Source of the DNA: an uncultured Chitinophagaceae bacterium | GTDB taxonomy: Bacteria > Bacteroidota > Bacteroidia > Chitinophagales > Chitinophagaceae | Length of the DNA stretch: 64,000 nt | NCBI GenBank assembly: GCA_963696835.1 | Contig: CAVOLS010000001.1 | Location: 102,662-166,661, forward strand | Direction of reading: 5' to 3' | Shown: positions 42,869 to 51,401 of the stretch, piece by piece | How the letters are laid out: each line of letters begins with the position of its first letter | How positions within the stretch are numbered: the stretch's first letter is position 1 | The notes under the pieces: generated by a model | What the model was told of the DNA's origin: nothing | The model's database searches: none | The model's input: only the letters and a program-made list of their open reading frames with translations | Position numbers and translations under genes: made by a program

Positions 42869-42883
42869 ACAATATTTATGCCG
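42869..42883 (-). promoter_or_regulatory. Possible sigma-54-like -24/-12 element
   Basis: CGGCATAAATATTGT on the minus strand has GG-N10 spacing, with GT instead of GC at -12. Confidence 0.35.
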
Positions 42884-42886
42884 TTG

Positions 42887-43306
42887 AAAAATCGTGGAAA
42901 AAAGTGCGTCTGCTGAAGATTTGCGATGATCTTTCCTATTCTTCAAAAATCTGCGGTTCAATTCTTCAAATATCTGCGGGCTAAATTCTATTTTTCCCGC
43001 TGATTTACACAGATCACAAACCCGCTGATTTTCGCTGATCTTTCCTATTCTTGAAAAATCTGCGGTTCAATTCTTCGAATATCTGCGGGTTCAATTTTAT
43101 TTTCCCCGCTGATTAACGCAGTATTCTATTTTCCCCGCTGATTAACGCAGATCTTATCCGCTGATTTCCGATGATCTTTCCTATTCTTAACTTATTTCTT
43201 TATGCCCTATTTGCTCTTCACGAAAAAATATCTTTGAAATAGGTTCGGTTGCTGAGCTGTCTTCGAACTTCAGCACAAAAAAATCTTTAAAAAAGTTCGT
43301 TTGCTG
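42887..43306. repeat. Composite repeat: three reverse motif copies bracketing duplicated ATCTGCGG/CCGCTGAT inverted units
   Basis: Motifs end at 42915, 43254 and 43306; TGATCTTTCCTATTCTT recurs near 42927, 43036 and 43172. Confidence 0.85.
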
Positions 43307-43389
43307 GAGAAGTTAGAGATTTGAATTAATTAATTCTCAATTCATATTCGCTTCTTATCTTTATTTTTTTTAGAACATAAAACATCTGC

Positions 43390-44307
43390 ATGCATACCAT
43401 TCTCGGTGCCAATGGAACGATTGGCTCTCCACTGGCGAAAGAACTTTTCAACTATACAGATCAGATAAGGCTTGTTAGCCGTAATCCCAAAAAAGTAAAC
43501 GCAACGGATCAGTTATTTCCAGCCGATCTTTCCGATCCAAAGCAGGTAGAAAAAGCCATTGAAGGCTCTTCAGTCGTTTATCTTCTCGTCGGCTTTGAAT
43601 ACAAACTGAAAGTTTGGCAAAAAAACTGGCCGCCTTTGATGCGTGCGACGATTGATGCCTGCATGAAGAACAATGCCAGGCTTGTATTTTTCGACAATAT
43701 TTACTTGTATGATAAAAGCGCCGTTCCGCACATGACGGAAGATTCGCCGATAAATCCGCCGTCAAAGAAAGGATTGGTGAGGAAGGAGATAGCGGAAATG
43801 CTTATGAATGAAGTAGAATCCGGAAAGTTGACCGCGATGATCGCGCGTTCGGCGGATTTTTACGGCCCTGATAATAAAAACAGCCTTTTGAATGAACTTG
43901 TTTTCAATAACATGAAAAAAGGCAGAAAAGCCAACTGGTTTGTGGATGCCGATAAAAAGCACTCATTTACTTATACACCAGATGCGGCAAAGGCGACTGC
44001 GCTTCTCGCCAATACGGAAAATGCCTGGAACCAGGTTTGGCATTTGCCAACGGACAAAAACACGCTTACAGTCAAAGAAATAACGGCTCTTTTTGCAAAA
44101 CAAATAAATCGAAGTGCCAAAGTTTCGATCCTGCCCATGTGGCTCATAAAGCTCCTCGGATTATTTATGCCCATCATGAAAGAAATGCCTGAAATGATGT
44201 ATCAATATGATCGGGATTATATTTTCGATTCTTCAAAATTTGACAATCGGTTTAATTTCAAAACTACCTCCTATGAGGAAGGAATAAAGAAAACAATTGA
44301 AGGCTGA
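43390..44307 (+). CDS. NAD-dependent epimerase/dehydratase (atypical SDR)
   Basis: ILGANGTIG, FFDNIYLY, ARSADFYGP. Confidence 0.88.
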   Translation: MHTILGANGTIGSPLAKELFNYTDQIRLVSRNPKKVNATDQLFPADLSDPKQVEKAIEGSSVVYLLVGFEYKLKVWQKNWPPLMRATIDACMKNNARLVFFDNIYLYDKSAVPHMTEDSPINPPSKKGLVRKEIAEMLMNEVESGKLTAMIARSADFYGPDNKNSLLNELVFNNMKKGRKANWFVDADKKHSFTYTPDAAKATALLANTENAWNQVWHLPTDKNTLTVKEITALFAKQINRSAKVSILPMWLIKLLGLFMPIMKEMPEMMYQYDRDYIFDSSKFDNRFNFKTTSYEEGIKKTIEG

Positions 44308-44321
44308 TTAACAATCGTTTA

Positions 44322-45086
44322 TCACTGCGGATCTTGATTATAGATTTTCATCATCATTTGGTGTAGTTCAGAATGATGCATCCGGAAGCTCGCCGTGCTG
44401 TTAAAAAAATATTCAGAAGCCACGGCGAAAAATTCCGCCTTACTGCTCGCGCCGTAAGAGTTGATATCCGATTTGTCCATAAGGATCGCTTCCATATTTT
44501 CGTTTACCAACCTCATCCACTCACTATTGTATTTCCGGTTCAGCAAGGCTTCGGGCAATCCATCTACATCCCCATCTTCCTTGTCCAGGAGATGCACAAA
44601 TTCGTGAATGCATGTATTCTCTTTTCCGCCTTCGTTATTAAAGCCGTGATGCAAGGCCGGTTTTGAGAGGATCATCGTTCGCTGCATCGCTCCGTTACCA
44701 ACCATTCCCAACGTATTTTTTTCATATCCGCCTGCAAGAAATTCATCCCTGTTAAAAGTTTCCGGATAAAGCAGGACGGTTGTCAGATTAAAGTATTTCC
44801 ATTTTGCAAACCCAAACACCGGAATTACCGCTCCGGAGGCCACCAGGAGCCGGTCCAAATCATCAACTGTTGTGTTAATTCCTTCAATTCTGCAATAACT
44901 GAGGAAGCTTTTTATTTTTTCTTCAAAGCGCATTTTGTCCCCAGGGCTCAACTTTCTATAATATCCAACATGATTAAATAATATTTCCGGATAATTAACT
45001 GGCAGTGCAATTTTTCCAGGTTTTTTATAAAAAATAAAAAACGCGGCAAGCAGGAAGAGGACAATAAAAACAATGACAGCACCCAT
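44322..45086 (-). CDS. M90 zinc peptidase (MtfA-like)
   Basis: HEFVHLLD, YGA...AEFFAVASEYFF. Confidence 0.88.
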   Translation of the reverse strand: MGAVIVFIVLFLLAAFFIFYKKPGKIALPVNYPEILFNHVGYYRKLSPGDKMRFEEKIKSFLSYCRIEGINTTVDDLDRLLVASGAVIPVFGFAKWKYFNLTTVLLYPETFNRDEFLAGGYEKNTLGMVGNGAMQRTMILSKPALHHGFNNEGGKENTCIHEFVHLLDKEDGDVDGLPEALLNRKYNSEWMRLVNENMEAILMDKSDINSYGASSKAEFFAVASEYFFNSTASFRMHHSELHQMMMKIYNQDPQ

Positions 45087-45245
45087 ATTTAAGTTTTAAA
45101 ACGAGGTTAAACAGTTTAAAAAATAAGAATAATCAAAAAGTTCCGCATATACGGAAGTCCATTATAATGCAAAGTCGCTTTTTTAGCATGAAAATTGTCT
45201 TTGCCCAGGCAAGGCTTTTATTTTTTTAACACAACACGCATTGCC

Positions 45246-45695
45246 ATGAAGAATCACTCTTTTTATTCCCCGGATAATTCTGATCATTTTCAGAAGGAAG
45301 AGCGGGTTCTCCCAACATTTGGAGAGAGGGATAAGGTTCATTTCCCCACAACAGAGGAAGTTTATGAAGCTGTTTTTGACAATTCCTTCCATGCTGCCTA
45401 CATTGGAACCGGAGAAGGCAAGATCATTAAATTCAATGAAAAATTATACAAGCTTTTAGGTTATAGCAAAGAAGAAATGATCAAGGTTGAAGGGCCTTTA
45501 ATTTTTGCCATGAATGAAGAATCGTTTATGAATTTTATAAATGAAAGAAATCAAAAGGGAATCGCGAAAGGAAGAATAACATGTATCCGCAAATCAGGGG
45601 AAAGGTTTCCCTGCAAAATATCATCCGTAACATATAAAACGGACAAGGGGGAGCGAAGATCTCTCAATACAATCATTGACGTTACCGGAATTTAA
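45246..45695 (+). CDS. Stand-alone PAS-domain protein
   Basis: G.I...N......LGYS.EE and RKSGERFP PAS/PAC signature. Confidence 0.78.
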   Translation: MKNHSFYSPDNSDHFQKEERVLPTFGERDKVHFPTTEEVYEAVFDNSFHAAYIGTGEGKIIKFNEKLYKLLGYSKEEMIKVEGPLIFAMNEESFMNFINERNQKGIAKGRITCIRKSGERFPCKISSVTYKTDKGERRSLNTIIDVTGI

Positions 45696-45759
45696 ATGAA
45701 AAATTGCCTAATCATGAGCAAATCAATTGGAAAAATTGTATCGTTGTGAAAATTGAGAC

Positions 45760-46659
45760 ATGATTGGAAGAAATTCACTTTTGGCAATTGTTCTTTGTTC
45801 CCTCGCCGCCTGTTCTTCAAAAAAAATCAATACGGGCGCCCCTAACGCGGCAAACGAAGGCATCGTCTATTATTTGGACAGTGACAAGCTTTATCATTTA
45901 AATGAAAAACTGGATCATCTGCATGCGATGGGCATTACCTCCATTTTACTCTCTCCTCATCATGATGATTCCGTCTTGGTTGTGAAAGAGGTGCTTCGGC
46001 GTCAAATGAGCATTTATCCGCATCCAATTGAAATAAATCAATTGGAAAGTGATTTTGCATTCCAATTGGCCGTCGCCCTCCGCTCTTTCAAAAAGGAATT
46101 TGCATCGCTCATGGCCGATTCCGCTTTTCATATTTTGTCTAAAAAAAAGCAAGTAGTTTTTTTTGAAAACCAGGGACCACAGCCGTTGAGCATTGATGCT
46201 GAAGAAAATATGGCTAAAATGAAAATCGGGGCCACCTTGCATTTGTTGCTCGGTGGAATTGCAGTTATTAATGACCGTGAAATGGGAAATCCCAATAACC
46301 GCCCATTACAAGATTCCAATTCCCTTTTTAACTTCTACAGAAAAATGATCAGGATAAGAAAGGAAAACGCGGTTATCTCAACTGGAACTTATGAAAATCT
46401 TGAAAACACCAGTGATTACGTGTTTTCGTTTCAAAGGCATGACAGCCACCGCGCCATTCTGGTTGCCATCAATTTTTCCGGCAATTCGCAGAGAACAGCC
46501 ATCAGCAATGCCCGATTTAATCTGGCAGAAAGCAAGATAAGCCAGCTAAACGGCAATGAATACCCAAAAATCACAGAACAAAAGTTGCTGGTGCAACTAC
46601 CGCCTTACGGAATCGAAGTTTGGAAAATAGAAGTAAGCCGCAACAATGAATTAAAGTGA
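45760..46659 (+). CDS. Lipoprotein derived from a GH13 alpha-amylase, catalytic core largely deleted
   Basis: Lipobox LAAC; KLDHLHAMGITSILLSP, SLFNFYRKMIRIRK and the C-terminal beta domain are retained. Confidence 0.65.
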   Translation: MIGRNSLLAIVLCSLAACSSKKINTGAPNAANEGIVYYLDSDKLYHLNEKLDHLHAMGITSILLSPHHDDSVLVVKEVLRRQMSIYPHPIEINQLESDFAFQLAVALRSFKKEFASLMADSAFHILSKKKQVVFFENQGPQPLSIDAEENMAKMKIGATLHLLLGGIAVINDREMGNPNNRPLQDSNSLFNFYRKMIRIRKENAVISTGTYENLENTSDYVFSFQRHDSHRAILVAINFSGNSQRTAISNARFNLAESKISQLNGNEYPKITEQKLLVQLPPYGIEVWKIEVSRNNELK

Positions 46660-46735
46660 CCACTGATGGTTTATTGCGAAACAAAAAAACCTTCATGGCT
46701 GATTTTTTCGGAAGAGAATCAGTGCACATGCAGAA

Positions 46736-47110
46736 TTACCTGGCCACAGGATGGGACATCATCTGCAGATTTATTTTCTTTACCAGCTCATTAGTGTCAA
46801 AAGGCTTTGCGACAAAGTCATCCGCTTTGCAAAATTTTTTTATTTCATTAAAATTGGTATGAGCGGAGAACATAATGATGGGAATATTCTTTGTTTGCAT
46901 ATTTGATTTCAAAGAGTTGCAAACTTCGATGCCGTCTACCCCGGAAAGGAAAACGTCTAGCAGGATCAACTGGGGTGAAAAATTTATGGTTTTGGACATT
47001 ACCTCTTCTCCTTTTAATGTGGTCATTACCTCAAATCCATATCGTTTTAAAATTGTTTCTACTACCCAGAGAATGTCAGTGTTATCATCGACAACAAGTA
47101 CTTTTTTCAT
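46736..47110 (-). CDS. Single-domain response regulator (receiver)
   Basis: VLVVDD, ILLD, SA, AKPF. Confidence 0.92.
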   Translation of the reverse strand: MKKVLVVDDNTDILWVVETILKRYGFEVMTTLKGEEVMSKTINFSPQLILLDVFLSGVDGIEVCNSLKSNMQTKNIPIIMFSAHTNFNEIKKFCKADDFVAKPFDTNELVKKINLQMMSHPVAR

Positions 47111-47341
47111 GCAGTTAACATTTATTATTTATGCAAAAAATGCAATTTATGAGATTTTTGTATAAGCTGTTTTATGATTCATTCTGCCTCATCAATAATT
47201 GAACCATTTATTGGTTATTCACGCTTTTAGCAAGTGAGATGTGAATAAACCAGGTTGTATGCTATTCTTGCCCCATAGAACGCACACAATTTTTTTTAAT
47301 TTTTTATCATTCCCGGTTATGAAAATAAAAACTTTAAATCT

Positions 47342-47349
47342 TACATTTG
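47342..47349 (+). promoter_or_regulatory. Sigma-A -7 element for tRNA-Gln
   Basis: TACATTTG just upstream of the tRNA. Confidence 0.55.
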
Positions 47350-47357
47350 CACCTCAT

Positions 47358-47428
47358 TGCCCGATAGTATAACGGTAGTACCGCAGATTCTGGTTCTGCT
47401 TGTCTTGGTTCGAATCCAGGTCGGGTAA
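47358..47428 (+). tRNA. tRNA-Gln (CTG)
   Basis: Acceptor TGCCCGA/TCGGGTA, anticodon arm GCAGA-TTCTGGT-TCTGC, T arm GGTTCGAATCC. Confidence 0.95.
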
Positions 47429-47430
47429 CA

Positions 47431-47460
47431 AAAAGGCAACTTTTAAAAGTTGCTTTTTTT
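47431..47460 (+). terminator. Terminator after tRNA-Gln
   Basis: GGCAACTTTTAAAAGTTGC followed by T7. Confidence 0.7.
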
Positions 47461-47557
47461 ATTCGATCAGTTTCTTCACGGCAAAAACCGGAAGAAAGTT
47501 GAATTGGTAATGTATTATTTTTGTCGAAAATAAACAGATCAGCAATTAATTGCTTTT

Positions 47558-47630
47558 GACTCCGTAGCTCAGTTGGTAGAGCAATTGACTCTTAATCAAT
47601 GGGTCCAGGGTTCGAGTCCCTGCGGGGTCA
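47558..47630 (+). tRNA. tRNA-Lys (CTT)
   Basis: Acceptor GACTCCG/CGGGGTC, anticodon arm ATTGA-CTCTTAA-TCAAT, T arm GGTTCGAGTCC. Confidence 0.95.
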
Positions 47631-47728
47631 CAAGAAACGGGAAATTCCCGCTAAAATGCAGTATAGAAGCGGATTTGGCAAAACAGCCTAATCCCCTTTT
47701 TTCGTTTAGCACCTCAAAATAGCTGCCC

Positions 47729-47813
47729 ATAGATTTTCCAGTTCTACGAATTAGAAGCCGACTTGTGGGAAGCCGGCGACCAGTTACGCGCAAACAGCAA
47801 ACTTACCGCAAAT
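47729..47813 (+). pseudogene. hsdM: N-terminal fragment of a type I restriction-modification methyltransferase
   Basis: Manual translation ELEADLWEAGDQLRANSKLTA (47748-47810) matches the HsdM_N pattern LW.AAD.LR. Confidence 0.7.
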
Positions 47814-47854
47814 AACGAGAATTTATTTACAGATTGAGTATAGAATGCTTTTAG

Positions 47855-47983
47855 TACCCATGTAACAATGGCCTTTACAGGGCTTTCGAATTACACCGCT
47901 TTCGAATAGCATATTATATTGCTACAGACAAAATCAGAATACTGTACGTGAGGCATACCAGTCGCAAACCCCAAACATATTAA
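47855..47983 (+). pseudogene. C-terminal fragment of a RelE/ParE-family toxin
   Basis: Manual translation NNGLYRAFELHRFRIAYYIATDKIRILYVRHTSRKPQTY*; no in-frame start. Confidence 0.65.
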
Positions 47984-48169
47984 GATTGTATGATTCAAAT
48001 CCCGTCAGTTTACCATCAAACGAACAAATAACGGGAATTTTGTTCTCTATTTCAAAATCAAATCTTGTTCATTGCCGCAATATCGATTCTGGCAAAAGAA
48101 AAATGTATTAAATTTACAACAGTACAAATTGCAAAAGAATTAGAAATTACAATCGATAAAAGTATATTT

Positions 48170-48367
48170 ATGCTTCTTCAATTAGAAAACACCAGTAAGG
48201 AAAAAATTGACATGCTATTAAATTTTGCAAAAGAAAACCAATTGGAGTTAAAGTTGATAGACGACAACGCAACTAACTATTTTTTGCCTGGTAAACCATT
48301 GACCGATGAAGAGCTATTGAACCTGGTGAAAAAAAGTCGTCAAAGCGGCAATCTTTCAAGGCGATGA
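48170..48367 (+). CDS. Small antitoxin-like protein, probably C-terminally truncated
   Basis: MLLQLENTSKE...LPGKPLTDEEL; runs directly into the hipA remnant. Confidence 0.5.
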   Translation: MLLQLENTSKEKIDMLLNFAKENQLELKLIDDNATNYFLPGKPLTDEELLNLVKKSRQSGNLSRR

Positions 48368-48879
48368 TTACAAATACAATGCATCATACTTAGATATGGC
48401 GCATTTGATAGAACAGTATGTACCCGCTGCGAAAGTAGAGTTACTTAATTTTTTTAAACTCGTTGTATTCAATTATCTGATAGCTAACGGTGATGCACAC
48501 CTGAAAAACTTTTCCCTGATGGAAAGTAGCCAGGGCGATTATCTTTTAAGTCCGGCTTACGACCTTATGAATACCGCACTTCATCTGAATGATGCAAATA
48601 TGTATGAGAGATGGTTTGTTTGTGGGAGATAACAAAGAACCTGCTTTTGAGAAATACGGAATATACACGAGAGAGAGTTTTGTTTCTTTTGCAGCGCAAA
48701 TAGATATTCCAATCATGCTCGCAGAAGATATTCTGGATGAAATGACCGGCAAAGAAAATGCAGTGAAAGAAATGGTGAGCCGTTCATTTTTAAGCAAGAA
48801 TAGTAAATCCGTTTATTATCATATTTTTGAAGACAAGCAATGCGGCTACACAAACTACAAGGCCAAAACAAATGGCTGA
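48363..48879 (+). pseudogene. hipA: HipA kinase C-terminal fragment, frameshifted
   Basis: FNYLIANGDAHLKNFS, LSPAYDL; the N-terminal half is missing. Confidence 0.8.
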
Positions 48880-48946
48880 AACGAATATTGAATATCATTT
48901 AAGGAGAAGATAAACTTTAAAACAAAAGGTAATTAACTGAAACCGA

Positions 48947-50980
48947 TCAACTGCTTTTTTTCGTCAACAATTCCCTCACCCTCTTCTTCACATAATCATT
49001 TTCAAAATACGGATAAATGTTTTTTCCCGGACAGGTGGTCATGGTGCTATGGTCACGGTGGGAAGCAATGGTATCTGGAGAAATATTGTATTGAACACTC
49101 AGTTTCGCAATTAACTTGGTTAATACATCCAACAGTTTTTCATTCAGCTTTTGCTCGTCATAATTTCCAAGGAAGCAGATGAGCAGATGTCCCGAAGGGT
49201 CATATTCGGTAGCGGTTTCACCTGCAGTTAGCGGATTTCTGCCTTCATATACGGTTCCGTCAGGCGCTATTAAAAAATGATAGGGAACATCCGTCCAGTT
49301 CCTGTCTTTTCCCATTCCCCATGTCTGGATGTTTTTGAGCCTTTGCGCCGCATCGTCTGTTTCAAGTAACACTTTTCCTCCTTCATGATGCACTGTTATT
49401 TGAACAGGCATCTGCGCTTTATAAGGCTTTGCCTCGCTCGCGTTCCATGCTTTGCGTGGGATCAGGGTCAATACATTCGGCTCAATTTCTGTACGATTGC
49501 TTTCATTCGATGTCCGGCTGACGGCTGTTACAGCAACGGAAGTAAGTTTATTCTTTCCAATTTGAGGTGCCAGTTGCAATGACCTGTCTCCGCGGTTCAT
49601 TATTTTGTAACTCCGAGAGGTTCCATATTGATAATACACTACCCATCGAAACACCTCTTTCTCATTTTTATGGCTCCAGTGTATGGTTACCATGTCACCA
49701 TTTTGATCCCAGGTTACTGATGGCGCCTCCGGCGCACGATTATCCAGCCACGGAGAAGCAGGAGCTAAAGCGGGAACGGCGTAAGGACCTTCAATGAGCA
49801 TTTTAGCCATATTGGGATTTCGGGTTACTGAGGAAAGGCTCCAATGGATGACGCCGCTGCTGTTGGGCTGCATTCCCCGTGTGATCATGATCTGGTTGAG
49901 GGTCTCGGTAATGGTCCTGACTGAAGTATCTCCACCTATGCTGATGCCCGGCCATAAATGACGCTGAAAGGTATTTTCACCTGACCACCATCCTAATAAT
50001 ACCGGAAAGCTTTGCTTTGGCCGGCTGATGGGCCAATACAATTGCGGGGAAAAATAATCTACCCAGCCCTTATTGAGCCAAAGTTTGGCATCAGCATACA
50101 ATTCTTCATATTGATCGAAGCCTGCAATAGATTCCGGATAACCAGGGCGCCACATTCCGAAAGGGCTAAGTCCAAATTTTACGTGCTTCTTTTCTTTTTT
50201 TATTTCCTGGTATAAGCGGTGGATGAAGGTGTTGACACTTTCCCGTCGCCAATCTCCCAGGGACAATGTGCCACCAGATGCAAGATATTTCTTGCGGCTA
50301 ACGCTGTCCGGAAAATCCGCTCCACCATTGTAGGACGGATAAGGATAAAAATAATCATCAAAATGAACACCATCAATATCATAGCGCTTAACAATATCCA
50401 TCACTACGTTTACGCCATGATCCTGTGTTTCTTTCAGAGACGGATCAAACCACCAATATCCTTCTTTCAAATACACCATCATCTCCGGCTTTTTTTTCAC
50501 TACGGAACTTTCAGTGACCGGGCCGCCAGAAACGTGATGAGCCCGATAGGGATTAAGCCATACATGCAATTCCAAACCACGGTCATGCGCAGCTTCTACC
50601 CAAAAAGACAAAGGATCATAATAGGGAGAAGGCGCTTTGCCCTGAGTTCCGGTAAGAAAATAGGACCAGGGTTCCAACGAGCTTTGATACAAGGCATCTG
50701 CCTGTGGACGCACCTGGAAAACAACTGCATTATAGTTATGTTCTTTTAGAAAATCCAATAATTCTATGGCTTCTTTTTGCTGCTGTTCTGTGGAAAGGCC
50801 CGGCTTGCTCGGCCAGTTGATATTGGCTACTGTAGCGATCCAGGCTGCCCGAAATTCGCGGGAAGCTTTAAACGAAGCAGGCTTCTCCTCTACACGCATA
50901 ACTGATTTAGATGAGGAACAGGAATTCACGAGCAGAATGAAAAAAAACACGGTCGGAAGTAGTAAAATCCTTTTAAGCAT
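48947..50980 (-). CDS. Lipoprotein fusing a GHL10 (DUF187/YddW-DigH-like) glycoside hydrolase, an FN3-like domain and an Amidase_2 domain
   Basis: EFRAAWIATV.NI.WPS, HVWLNPYR, DGVHFDDYFYPY; C-terminal ITVHH, YHFLI, HRD...TCPG. Confidence 0.88.
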   Translation of the reverse strand: MLKRILLLPTVFFFILLVNSCSSSKSVMRVEEKPASFKASREFRAAWIATVANINWPSKPGLSTEQQQKEAIELLDFLKEHNYNAVVFQVRPQADALYQSSLEPWSYFLTGTQGKAPSPYYDPLSFWVEAAHDRGLELHVWLNPYRAHHVSGGPVTESSVVKKKPEMMVYLKEGYWWFDPSLKETQDHGVNVVMDIVKRYDIDGVHFDDYFYPYPSYNGGADFPDSVSRKKYLASGGTLSLGDWRRESVNTFIHRLYQEIKKEKKHVKFGLSPFGMWRPGYPESIAGFDQYEELYADAKLWLNKGWVDYFSPQLYWPISRPKQSFPVLLGWWSGENTFQRHLWPGISIGGDTSVRTITETLNQIMITRGMQPNSSGVIHWSLSSVTRNPNMAKMLIEGPYAVPALAPASPWLDNRAPEAPSVTWDQNGDMVTIHWSHKNEKEVFRWVVYYQYGTSRSYKIMNRGDRSLQLAPQIGKNKLTSVAVTAVSRTSNESNRTEIEPNVLTLIPRKAWNASEAKPYKAQMPVQITVHHEGGKVLLETDDAAQRLKNIQTWGMGKDRNWTDVPYHFLIAPDGTVYEGRNPLTAGETATEYDPSGHLLICFLGNYDEQKLNEKLLDVLTKLIAKLSVQYNISPDTIASHRDHSTMTTCPGKNIYPYFENDYVKKRVRELLTKKSS

Positions 50981-51158
50981 AGTTTTGAAAATTGAAGGCG
51001 AAATATACGAAAATTATGAAGTAAGAATTAACTCTCAATTGTCTGAACTTCGATTTATAGCATTAAATGATAGCACGATTAACAAAAATTGTCTGTGCTA
51101 TGATTTAGGATTTAAAGAGGAGTATGATTAAAAAAGGTTGGCCTTTAAGTCGGTTAAT

Positions 51159-51364
51159 AAAAAATCTTTAGAAAAGGTTCGTTTGCTGAAGAGACAGGGA
51201 TTGATTGATAAGTTAGGTTTAAAGTGACAGCAAACTAAGGGGATTTGAAATAAAACAAGTTTAGTAAAATGGTCTGTTTGCTGTTCTGGAAATACTTTTT
51301 GAATTAAAAATCGTTTGCACCATTAACTACATGTAAAAAATTTTTGAAAAAAGTGCGTTTGCTG
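51159..51364. repeat. Cluster of the dispersed motif
   Basis: Reverse copies end at 51188, 51283 and 51364; a forward core lies at 51228. Confidence 0.78.
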
Positions 51365-51401
51365 CTTCGTTCAAGTTGACAATTTTCCCAATTGAAAAAA
51401 C

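Noticed and set aside
47796-47815. Motif core CAGCAAAC behind tRNA-Lys (and GTTTGCTG near 42224)
   Set aside because: No T-tracts; explained by coding sequence (the hsdM remnant and the hydrolase)
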